Source of the DNA: an uncultured bacterium
GTDB taxonomy: Bacteria > Zixibacteria > MSB-5A5 > UBA10806
DNA length: 64,000 nucleotides
NCBI GenBank assembly: GCA_965541585.1
Contig: CBEUCH010000005.1
Span: 128,001 to 192,000, forward strand
Reading direction: 5' to 3'
In this document: positions 28,452 to 36,815 of the stretch, piece after piece
Layout of the letters: the number at the start of each line of letters is the position of its first letter
Position numbering within the stretch: position 1 is the stretch's first letter
Program-made: the position numbers and the translations under genes
The notes under the pieces: generated by a model
Seen by the model: only the letters and a program-made list of their open reading frames with translations
Databases searched by the model: none
What the model was told of the DNA's origin: nothing

Positions 28452-28611
28452 CCGGGCGGGATCGATTATGAAGTTCGTAGCTGTAATTTCGATTTCGGCA
28501 CCTCTCAGTTGAGAGTATTCGAGCAGGAAATCTATTCCAGTCGGTTTTGAATCTTATGAAAATTCATACTATCAGTCAACGTAAACTTTATTTAAATCGG
28601 TTGTATCGACC

Positions 28612-29769
28612 TCAAACGCCGAGCGTAGCGCGCAGTTTCTCAAAGAACGATCTGTCCGCCGGAGGGGGTTTCTCGCCTCGCGAGTCGGCCAGCTTTATGA
28701 AGAGAGCTTTTTCCTCATCCGAGAGTTTGGTCGGCGTCCAGATTACGACCCTGATCAGCTGGTGGCCCCTCCCGTAACCGTTCAGGTGCGGAATACCCTT
28801 GTTGCGAAGCATGAATATCTTCCCGGATTGTGTACCCGCCGGGATTTTCAAATTTGCCTTGCTGCCCAGCGCCGGAACCTCGATCTCCGCCCCCAGGGTG
28901 GCCTGTGAAAACGATAACGGCGTCTCACAGATGATATCGTCTCCTCTCCTGGTGAAATGCTCGTGCTCTACCTCATCGATTATCACCAATACGTCACCGG
29001 GCGGGCCGCCACGCGGTCCATAATTTCCAGAACCGCTGACAGATATATAGTTCCCAGCCGACACTCCAGCCGGGATCTTGACCTTAATGGAAGTTCGTCC
29101 GTCTACAAGGCCGTTGCCGGCACAGCGGCTGCACACTTTTTCAATGATCCGACCCTCTCCGGCGCAATGCTGGCAGGTCTGGATATTTACAAATTGCCCG
29201 AAAAGCGATCTTGACACTTTCCTGATCTGCCCGTTTCCGCCGCATGTGGGGCATGTCTTTCTCGATGATCCGGCCTCGGCGCCTGTACCAGAACAACTCT
29301 CACAAGCGACCAGACGCTTGATTTTTAAAGTTTTCTCAACACCTGCGGCGATCTCCTCCAGCGTCATACTCAGCTTGACCTGCAAATCCTGGCCTCGCTG
29401 AGGGCGGGCATCCCCGCCGGAGCGAGAACCGCCAAAGCCAAATACATCATCGAAACCGAAGCCCCCGAAATCTCTCATGAAGGCTCGCAGGGCATCGCCG
29501 AGATCGAAGCCCTCGAAGCCCCCGAAGCCTCCTGCCCCCGCTCCTCTCAGCCCGGCATGACCATACTGATCATATAGCTGACGTTTCTGAACGTCTTTCA
29601 GGACTTCATAAGCCTCGGTGGCTTCCTTAAATGACTCCTCCGCTGACTTATTGCCGGGATTTTTGTCGGGATGATATTTTACGGCCAGCTTGCGATACGC
29701 TTTTTTAATTTCGTCCTCGCCGGCGTCCCGCCGTAAGCCCAGGATTGTGTAGTAGTCTCTTTTTGCCAT
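28612..29769 (-). CDS. dnaJ: Chaperone DnaJ
   Basis: J domain with HPD, G/F region and four CxxCxGxG repeats. Confidence 0.98.
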   Translation of the reverse strand: MAKRDYYTILGLRRDAGEDEIKKAYRKLAVKYHPDKNPGNKSAEESFKEATEAYEVLKDVQKRQLYDQYGHAGLRGAGAGGFGGFEGFDLGDALRAFMRDFGGFGFDDVFGFGGSRSGGDARPQRGQDLQVKLSMTLEEIAAGVEKTLKIKRLVACESCSGTGAEAGSSRKTCPTCGGNGQIRKVSRSLFGQFVNIQTCQHCAGEGRIIEKVCSRCAGNGLVDGRTSIKVKIPAGVSAGNYISVSGSGNYGPRGGPPGDVLVIIDEVEHEHFTRRGDDIICETPLSFSQATLGAEIEVPALGSKANLKIPAGTQSGKIFMLRNKGIPHLNGYGRGHQLIRVVIWTPTKLSDEEKALFIKLADSRGEKPPPADRSFFEKLRATLGV

Positions 29770-29812
29770 TTTTCAGTAATTTGAAAAAATTATCTATTCC
29801 CGAAAACCTTTT

Positions 29813-29841
29813 AATATATCCTTGACCATCAGTCAAGTCAA
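29813..29841 (-). promoter_or_regulatory. Sigma70 promoter of dnaJ with an overlapping inverted repeat
   Basis: TTGACT-17-TATATT; CTTGAC-N5-GTCAAG palindrome at 29821-29837. Confidence 0.6.
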
Positions 29842-29857
29842 CATACGCTCTACGAAA

Positions 29858-29954
29858 AGTTTCGCCAACAGCCGAAACCGCCAACTCCAGATCCTTAAAA
29901 CTATAATCCCTTGATAAAAAGTAGGTTCTACAAATTAATCCGAAATTATGGGGA
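29858..29954. repeat. Copy A of a ~100-bp diverged direct repeat
   Basis: Aligns by hand with 32004-32101 (shared blocks AAACCGC, AAAACTATA, TCCCTTGA, GTTCTA, AAATTAATCC, ATTATGGGGA). Confidence 0.85.
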
Positions 29955-30056
29955 GGCTCCCGGAAAGGGGGTGGTAAGTCACCATACTTTCAGGGTACCG
30001 CTAAGAGTCTATTCTTAGAGATGCAATTATCCTGGTGGTCATTTTTACGAACGAAA

Positions 30057-30089
30057 GGTAGGTCAAAACCACAAGGGTCTCGACCTACC
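30057..30089. repeat. GTAG-footed REP-like hairpin
   Basis: Minus strand GGTAGGTCGAGACC-CTTGT-GGTTTTGACCTACC. Confidence 0.55.
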
Positions 30090-30131
30090 CGGATAATCCT
30101 GAGCGGCGAGTGTCCTCAATCTCTCAGGAAT

Positions 30132-30491
30132 CTACCTTCTCTTAAGGTTAATCACGTCGGATATTGCTCCCAGCCGATCCATATCGACATTCCTGATTCT
30201 ACCCATCCTATTCTTGAGGTCCCTTACGACCCGGCTCGAGAACTTTCTCCACTTCGCCTCGGACATCAAATAGATTCTACCTCCATAGTGCAAATGAGGT
30301 ACGGGTATTCCCGGAAAATGTCGCGGCCATCTGATCGGTCTTTTGTCTACAAGAACGCTCAATTTGACGGACTTAAGTCTTTCAGTACGGATGAACGTTC
30401 TTGTAATGGCGGTAAATTCTCTCCACATCAATCGCTTACCGCCAGCAGTCCCATCGAACAAGTACCGTCCGTCTATAACTACTACGCCCAT
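30132..30491 (-). CDS. Hypothetical basic protein, partner gene of the radical SAM enzyme
   Basis: AAGGAG SD before MGVVVIDG (the ORF track starts 6 codons earlier, at 30509). Contains WPRHFPGIPVPHLHYGGRIYL and a helical C-terminus. Confidence 0.7.
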   Translation of the reverse strand: MGVVVIDGRYLFDGTAGGKRLMWREFTAITRTFIRTERLKSVKLSVLVDKRPIRWPRHFPGIPVPHLHYGGRIYLMSEAKWRKFSSRVVRDLKNRMGRIRNVDMDRLGAISDVINLKRR

Positions 30492-30578
30492 TTGTTCGTT
30501 CTCCTTCATTTTCTGAATGTTGATATCATATTCGAATCCCCAAGCTATGGTCTGTAATACCTATCACCCCCTCTCTTG

Positions 30579-31694
30579 CTATTTAAATAGCGTTTTTACG
30601 TGCGGTCTTCCTGCAAGATGTTCTACGAAATGGTTTCCCGGTTCTTTTTCAAGTTTTTGAAATACATCGTAGGCAGTCTTTACGGCCGCTCTTTCCGAGG
30701 CGCAGAGAAATGTACCTACCCGATTATAATAGCCCGATGAAAAGTAATTAGAGCAACCACACCAGTTCATACAATAGTCCTTAATGCCGCATTCGAGACA
30801 TTCAACGTTAAATTCGCCGCCCGACTTGGAATGGCACTTACTGAGGTTTACGTCTGTGCCCACAGCTATATTTCCTAAGCAATGTGGGGAGCCATTATCG
30901 TCGCCGATAAGCCTCTCACACCCATAAATATTGCCCGTGGGAGCGAAAGCTAATTCACCGGTACCCATTCGGCAACGTTCGGATGCCTGATATCCTCCAC
31001 GAAGAAAGACCGTAATTTTATTATCAATTATATTGATAAAATAAGGGTCGCCCTGCAGATGACTGGCGATATATTTTTCCGCGATACAAGCATATTCCCG
31101 TTCCAGAATTTCGATATCCTCTGCCGACCAAACGGCAGAGAAATCCGGACTTAAAAATAGCCTTCTAAGACCAAGTGAACGAAAGTAGTCCACCGTTCTC
31201 GCCAACAAGGAAAGCGTATCCGGCGTATAAACGGCATTGACCATAACCGTGGGGAATATATTCACGGCCTTCCTGATTGTATCTTCTACTATAGCCGATG
31301 TTTTTCCACCGTTGCGGAAACGTCTGAAACGATCCTGCGCCGAAGGAGGACCATCGCAACTTATACAAAAATCTATACCCTCGGCATCTATAAACTCTGC
31401 TATCTCTTCGCTGAATACGGTTCCGTTTGTAACTACAGAGAGAACCACTCGTTCGGCATCATAGTGACGATGAGATTTTATCATAGATGTGATTGAGCGG
31501 ATCAATTCGAATTCCAGCAAAGGCTCTCCCCCGAAAAACCCGATGTCCAGCATTTCCTGAGGGGGAGTTCTTGTGAAAATAAAATCGATAATCTTCTCGG
31601 CGACATCAAGAGACATCGAAATGTTTTTTTTGCCTATATAGCAATAACCGCATTTAAGGTTACATTTTTGAGTTATACAAAAGATGTATTTCAC
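30579..31694 (-). CDS. Radical SAM enzyme with SPASM domain
   Basis: CNLKCGYC (CxxxCxxC), FFGGEPLL, TNG, SCDG; SPASM C-x12-G-x4-C...Cx2Cx5Cx3Cx18C; GGAGG SD before GTG. Confidence 0.93.
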   Translation of the reverse strand: MKYIFCITQKCNLKCGYCYIGKKNISMSLDVAEKIIDFIFTRTPPQEMLDIGFFGGEPLLEFELIRSITSMIKSHRHYDAERVVLSVVTNGTVFSEEIAEFIDAEGIDFCISCDGPPSAQDRFRRFRNGGKTSAIVEDTIRKAVNIFPTVMVNAVYTPDTLSLLARTVDYFRSLGLRRLFLSPDFSAVWSAEDIEILEREYACIAEKYIASHLQGDPYFINIIDNKITVFLRGGYQASERCRMGTGELAFAPTGNIYGCERLIGDDNGSPHCLGNIAVGTDVNLSKCHSKSGGEFNVECLECGIKDYCMNWCGCSNYFSSGYYNRVGTFLCASERAAVKTAYDVFQKLEKEPGNHFVEHLAGRPHVKTLFK

Positions 31695-31958
31695 CGCTGA
31701 GCCTCCGATTATTCGCTTGTGTGATTATTTTTGCCTTTACATTTTTGGATTGCTTCCTCCTTGCCATCAGGTCGATCATGAAACCGACTCTTAGCGGAAA
31801 TAAAACGCGCAGTAAGATTCTAAATTGCTATTCCAGGAGAGTGATTTAACCCGGTGTTTCAGGCCGATCTGGAATGCAAAACCTCCTTACGCATAACAGT
31901 AAGGTACTATGACCGGGAATTGATGAATCTCTATAATGCTATACTCAACCCAGATCTA

Positions 31959-31987
31959 TTAATAGTTTATGGCGTTATGATTGTCAA
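31959..31987 (-). promoter_or_regulatory. Putative sigma70 promoter of the radical SAM cassette
   Basis: TTGACA-17-TATTAA (imperfect -10). Confidence 0.45.
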
Positions 31988-32003
31988 GCGTTTTTAGTAA
32001 AAT

Positions 32004-32101
32004 AGTTTCCCCGAAGTTCCAAAACCGCTAATCCCGGATTCTCAAAACTATATTCCCTTGAAAAAAATAAGTTCTATGAAATTAATCCAGGATTATGGGG
32101 A
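32004..32101. repeat. Copy B of the ~100-bp diverged direct repeat
   Basis: Aligns with 29858-29954 at an offset of about 2146 bp. Confidence 0.85.
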
Positions 32102-32203
32102 AACTTTTGACACTCTTCGCAAATTAATCGAAGTGTTTTCGCGAGCTTTAAAAAGATGAACTATAAGCCCAACGGAGACTTCGAGCTCAAAGGATGTTTT
32201 ATG

Positions 32204-34129
32204 TTACTTCTTTTCTTCCTTATCGTCGTCCACCACCTCGAAATCGGCGTCCACGGCGCCCTCGTCGCCTTTGCCTTCGTCCTTTTTCGGTGGTTCCTCG
32301 GATGCCTGAGCTTGCGGCCCGCCGGCCCCGGCCTGCTGTTTATACATCTGCTCGGCCATCTTATGCGATGCCTGCATCATCTCGTCGACTGCCTTGTTGA
32401 TTTCCTCCGGATCGGACGAATTCTTCACCGTTGTGGCCTTATCAATGGCTTCCTTTATTTTTGCCTTCTCATCATCGGAGAGCTTATCACCAAATTCCTT
32501 CAGACTTTTCTCGACTTGATAGATGGCGGAATCGGCTTTGTTGCGGGCCTCGGTGAGTTCCCTGGTCTTTTTGTCTTCGGCAGCATTCGCCTCGGCGTCT
32601 TTGACCATTTTGTCTACCTCTGCCTCGGAGAGACCGGATGACGATTCAATCTTGATCGATTGCTCCTTACCGGTCCCGAGATCTTTGGCCGAGACATGGA
32701 AAATGCCGTTGGCATCGATATCGAAAGTCACCTCGATCTGCGGCATTCCACGAGGCGCCGGCGGAAGTCCGATCAGGTCGAACCGCCCCAGCGTCCTGTT
32801 ATAAACCGCCATCTCCCGCTCCCCCTGCAGGACATGGATAGAAACCGCTGTCTGGTTATCTGCCGCGGTCGAGAATATCTGAGATTTCTTTGACGGAATG
32901 GTGGTATTTCGCTCGATGAGCTTGGTGAATACCGCCCCCAGAGTCTCGATCCCGAGCGAAAGAGGGGTTACATCGAGTAAGAGAACATCCTTCACATCAC
33001 CGGAGAGAACACCGGCCTGGATTGCAGCTCCGATTGCGACTACCTCATCGGGATTGACACCCTTATGCGGCTCGCGGCCAAATAGTTCCTTTACAACCTC
33101 CTGAACTTTCGGCATGCGGGTCATTCCACCGACAAGTATGACCTCGTCGATGTCCGATTGAGAAACTTTGGCATCGGCCAGCGCCTTCTTGCAGGGCTCC
33201 ACAACCCGTCCGACAAGATCATCCACGAGCTGCTCAAGCTTTGCCCTGGTCAACGTTAAATCGAGATGTTTGGGGCCGGATTGATCTGCAGTTATGAATG
33301 GCAGATTCAACGAGGTCTGCGTGGTAGTGGAGAGTTCGCATTTGGCCTTCTCGGCAGCCTCTTTCAGCCTTTGCAGGGCCATGCGGTCCTGTCTTAGGTC
33401 TATCCCCTGACTCTTCTTGAACTCGTCTGCCATCCAGTCGATTATTCTCTGGTCAAAATCATCTCCGCCCAGATGTGTATCGCCATTCGTGGAACGCACC
33501 TCGAACACGCCATCCCCCAACTCGAGTATGGAAACATCGAAGGTCCCGCCACCCAGATCGAAAACCGCTATCTTCTGATCTTTCTTTTTTTCGAGACCGT
33601 ATGCCAGCGATGCCGCCGTCGGCTCGTTGATTATACGCAAGACCTCCAGGCCCGCAATCCTGCCGGCGTCCTTGGTCGCCTGACGCTGGGAATCGTTGAA
33701 ATAGGCCGGCACGGTAATCACCGCCTGTTTGACCTCGCCGCCAAGATAGTCCTCGGCCGTCTTTTTGAGATACTGCAGGATCATAGCTGAGATCTCCGGC
33801 GGTGCAAATTCCTTACCCTCGGCAGCTACACGGCAATCATCGTTGGGCGCCCCGACGACCTTGTAAGGGACCAGTTTCTCCTCCTGAGAAACTTCCGAGT
33901 GACGTCGGCCCATAAACCGTTTAATGGAGAATATGGTGTTTTCAGGGTTGGTTATCGCCTGACGTTTAGCCACCTGTCCCACCAGCCTCTGGCCGTCTTT
34001 AGCAAACGCCACTATAGACGGCGACGTGCGGCCTCCCTCCGGATTGGGGATCACGACCGGATCGCCGGCCTCCATAACAGCCACGCAGGAGTTAGTCGTT
34101 CCCAGATCAATGCCTATTACCTTGCTCAT
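32204..34129 (-). CDS. dnaK: Chaperone DnaK (Hsp70)
   Basis: [45 protein letters not shown]. Confidence 0.99.
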   Translation of the reverse strand: MSKVIGIDLGTTNSCVAVMEAGDPVVIPNPEGGRTSPSIVAFAKDGQRLVGQVAKRQAITNPENTIFSIKRFMGRRHSEVSQEEKLVPYKVVGAPNDDCRVAAEGKEFAPPEISAMILQYLKKTAEDYLGGEVKQAVITVPAYFNDSQRQATKDAGRIAGLEVLRIINEPTAASLAYGLEKKKDQKIAVFDLGGGTFDVSILELGDGVFEVRSTNGDTHLGGDDFDQRIIDWMADEFKKSQGIDLRQDRMALQRLKEAAEKAKCELSTTTQTSLNLPFITADQSGPKHLDLTLTRAKLEQLVDDLVGRVVEPCKKALADAKVSQSDIDEVILVGGMTRMPKVQEVVKELFGREPHKGVNPDEVVAIGAAIQAGVLSGDVKDVLLLDVTPLSLGIETLGAVFTKLIERNTTIPSKKSQIFSTAADNQTAVSIHVLQGEREMAVYNRTLGRFDLIGLPPAPRGMPQIEVTFDIDANGIFHVSAKDLGTGKEQSIKIESSSGLSEAEVDKMVKDAEANAAEDKKTRELTEARNKADSAIYQVEKSLKEFGDKLSDDEKAKIKEAIDKATTVKNSSDPEEINKAVDEMMQASHKMAEQMYKQQAGAGGPQAQASEEPPKKDEGKGDEGAVDADFEVVDDDKEEKK

Positions 34130-34248
34130 TTTATTATCATCCTCCCTTAATTATCATAACATGAATATTATCAGCAAAAATGTCCAGCAATAAAACAGCT
34201 TCTATCTGATCATCCGGCAGATTGTCACAGACCATAAATCTCGTATAG

Positions 34249-34713
34249 CTACTTTTTCTTCCTTCGCGCTCCGGTAACTCTCATATGAATGTTGGCCAGT
34301 ATACACCCATTGATTAAATTGCTGACCAGCCCTGCCAGGGCCAGGCTCCTGGCAACGGTGCCCGGCATCATGGTCGTATAGCCGGTATGGACGGCATAGG
34401 GCAGATCCGCCGCCAGAAAAAGAAATCCTCCTATCAACAGGCCGCGGACTATCCATCTCGATGGCAGATGCGGCAGAATAATCGTATACACCAGGGTCAA
34501 AGCGAAAATAGCGATAAACATCACAATTAGAAAAATCAGGGGGAAATAATCGGGCTGGTAAAACGCAAAATAACCTCGCATGCCCGCATAAGCGTCAGCG
34601 TTAAAGCTCTTCTGAATAAGCACAAAAAGCCTGTTGATGACCGTTACCGGTATGGAAACCAGGACCGTCGTCCACCAAACGGCCTTCCAGTCAATTGCTA
34701 TTGCTTTTACCAT
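34249..34713 (-). CDS. Hypothetical membrane protein (~4 TM)
   Basis: Four hydrophobic stretches and a basic C-terminus. Start taken at MVKAIAIDW. Confidence 0.7.
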   Translation of the reverse strand: MVKAIAIDWKAVWWTTVLVSIPVTVINRLFVLIQKSFNADAYAGMRGYFAFYQPDYFPLIFLIVMFIAIFALTLVYTIILPHLPSRWIVRGLLIGGFLFLAADLPYAVHTGYTTMMPGTVARSLALAGLVSNLINGCILANIHMRVTGARRKKK

Positions 34714-34770
34714 TTCTTTTCCCTGCTTAACGAATTTTAGAAACAAGCCCTCCGAAATAAAAGAACGCGG

Positions 34771-35601
34771 TCAATTGGGAAAATCAAGATGTTGTTCGGC
34801 CGCCCTTTTTACGCGACTCAGATGCTTTTTGGCTACGAAAAAATCACCGATTTCGATAATGACCTGCGAATAAAACCAGCCCCAGAAACCATCATAGTCA
34901 GCGCGCATCACTACATTGATCCTGGTCCTGTTGTCCCCGGCCTCCTTGAAATAATAGCCGCCATACATGCAGTTTATTCCGAGCTTCGGAAATTTGGGAT
35001 CCGACCCGATGTCGAAGGTGATGCTCTTGCCGGGCTCCACGTTCACTACCCTGCCGATCAGGAAATCATTGCCGACGCTCAACTCCGGAAGGTTATCCAT
35101 GAGCCTTTCCAATTCTCTCTTCCCACCGAAATCAAGAAAACTCCATCCATACGATTCAGCTTCCGGCAGTTGCCGGACCCAGCGGAAAATATATTCCGGG
35201 GGAGCATTCACCTCCATTGTCCTGACCGTTCTTACGTCGGCGTCAGGGCAATACATGTCGGCCTCATATTCAGTATCGATCTCCTCCTGAGTAGAGCCCC
35301 AGTTGTTCCATGAGGGAGCCAAAATTATTTTGAAATAACCTATCGCAACAATAATCAGAATTGCAAAAAAGAAAATGATCTTGATCGCCTTGAAATCGGG
35401 ATTGAACAGATAAACCACCCGATAAACCATGTGTCCCAGCCAGATCATAACCAGAAGAGCACCCAGGATAGCCCAGAACATCAGATACACGATCTTCCCT
35501 GTAAATAAGAGTATCGCAGCAATTACAGCCCAAATGAGAATGCTGAATACGTACCTAATCAGCGTTATCAAATATCCTCCAATATCGCCGGCCCCCCGCA
35601 C
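34771..35601 (-). CDS. Membrane-anchored SRPBCC/START-like domain protein
   Basis: About three N-terminal TM helices, then WGSTQEE...RTMEVNAPPEYIFRWVRQL...VEPGKSI, which resembles SRPBCC-family patterns. Confidence 0.65.
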   Translation of the reverse strand: MRGAGDIGGYLITLIRYVFSILIWAVIAAILLFTGKIVYLMFWAILGALLVMIWLGHMVYRVVYLFNPDFKAIKIIFFFAILIIVAIGYFKIILAPSWNNWGSTQEEIDTEYEADMYCPDADVRTVRTMEVNAPPEYIFRWVRQLPEAESYGWSFLDFGGKRELERLMDNLPELSVGNDFLIGRVVNVEPGKSITFDIGSDPKFPKLGINCMYGGYYFKEAGDNRTRINVVMRADYDGFWGWFYSQVIIEIGDFFVAKKHLSRVKRAAEQHLDFPN

Positions 35602-35893
35602 TTACAAGAACCGCAAATGTGGATTCAATCATAATAAATCGTCATTGAAATTTCAAGGTAAAGATAATGCCGGTTTGCAGAATGGCCGGATCGGTCAGAT
35701 GATCACCAAACCGGGATAAGGATCTCCTGCCCTTCCTGCAGCGCTCCCCAATCCCGGCATCCGGATAATCCGAGCGCAATCGTCTGGCCTTTTGTGCCGG
35801 CCCTGACGACTAAAGGTAGCGCCCGGGTTGAGATTTAGAAAAAACTTTCCGCCTCGATATTTAAGACTACAGCAGGGTAGAAGACCCCGGGGT

Positions 35894-36115
35894 CTACAAC
35901 TTCTCGATGGCGCTGAAGATCTCGTCATGTTCGGGAAATCTTCCCGTCTCCTTCTTGGAGAAGATCTTCTTACCGTCTACGACAACCTCGAAGACTCCCC
36001 CGTCTGATTTTATCAATTCGGGCTTGACGCCGAATTTATTCTCAATTGCATCCGCCAGACTGACGGCATTGGGATCGTAATTTCAGACTACGCAGTACTC
36101 AATGGACACGTCCAA
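35894..36115 (-). CDS. SelT/SelW/SelH (Rdx family) selenoprotein with CxxU motif
   Basis: Missed by the ORF track. AGGAGG SD, TTG start, then (M)DVSIEYCVV-U(TGA 36083-36085)-NYDPNAVSLADAIENKFGVKPELIKSDGGVFEVVVDGKKIFSKKETGRFPEHDEIFSAIEKL*. Confidence 0.92.
36050..36076 (-). promoter_or_regulatory. Bacterial SECIS-like hairpin
   Basis: CCGUC-AGUCU-GGCGG stem-loop whose G-containing loop begins about 21 nt 3' of the in-frame UGA. Confidence 0.65.
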
Positions 36116-36238
36116 CTTATCATACCTCCTTATTCTCTTATCCTGCAACACATTCATGAGAACCGAACGCCCGGTGGACGGGTTCCCCGCTCAATATGTG
36201 ATTCAACTCTCCACTAAATGCAATATTGCCAGTGACGT

Positions 36239-36751
36239 TCATTTATCTTTCGAAGATGCCACGACCACTCTTGCGTGCCTTATGACTTTATCATTTATCA
36301 GGTATCCCGGCGAGACGACACTTATAACGGTGCCCTCTTCCTCTTCCGACGGCGATTGCATGACAGCATCATGATAGACGGGATCGAACCGCTCACCGAG
36401 CGCTTCCATAGACCTGACACCTTTTTTCTTTAATGTAGTTAACAGCTTTTCGTATATCAGCTTCATCCCCGGCAGGAAATTCTCATCCTCCCCTGTCTGC
36501 TTATCATTATCCACGCTCGTCGATTCCAGCGCCCGCTGAAAATCGTCCAGAATCCCCAGCAGTTCCAGAATTAATTCCTCGTTTGCATTCTTGATGATTT
36601 CTGCATATTGCCTGGCAGATCTTTTCCTGAAATTATCAAACTCGGCCGCCAGGCGGATATACCTTTCCTCGTCTTCCTCCGCCGCCGGTGATTTCAGCAA
36701 TCCTGTTTTATACGCGGCCAGTTCGGCCGCCGGGTGTATCTTTTTCGACAT
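36239..36751 (-). CDS. grpE: Nucleotide exchange factor GrpE
   Basis: RLAAEFDNFRKR, LDDFQRAL, FDPVYHDAV, GY....VIRHARVVV. Start taken at MSKKIH. Confidence 0.95.
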   Translation of the reverse strand: MSKKIHPAAELAAYKTGLLKSPAAEEDEERYIRLAAEFDNFRKRSARQYAEIIKNANEELILELLGILDDFQRALESTSVDNDKQTGEDENFLPGMKLIYEKLLTTLKKKGVRSMEALGERFDPVYHDAVMQSPSEEEEGTVISVVSPGYLINDKVIRHARVVVASSKDK

Positions 36752-36815
36752 TGCTACAACTCCACAACCCAGCAAAGTTAGTTATTTATTAGAGGTAATA
36801 AATGATGTCAAGCAT

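Noticed and set aside
31660..31779. 39-aa ORF MIDLMARRKQSK... as the rSAM precursor
   Set aside because: It has no SD, overlaps the rSAM start out of frame, and has no leader/core-like composition.
35695..35928. 77-aa minus-strand ORF and 90-aa plus-strand ORF (36102-36374) near the selenoprotein
   Set aside because: They overlap better-supported genes in other frames and have no recognisable motifs.
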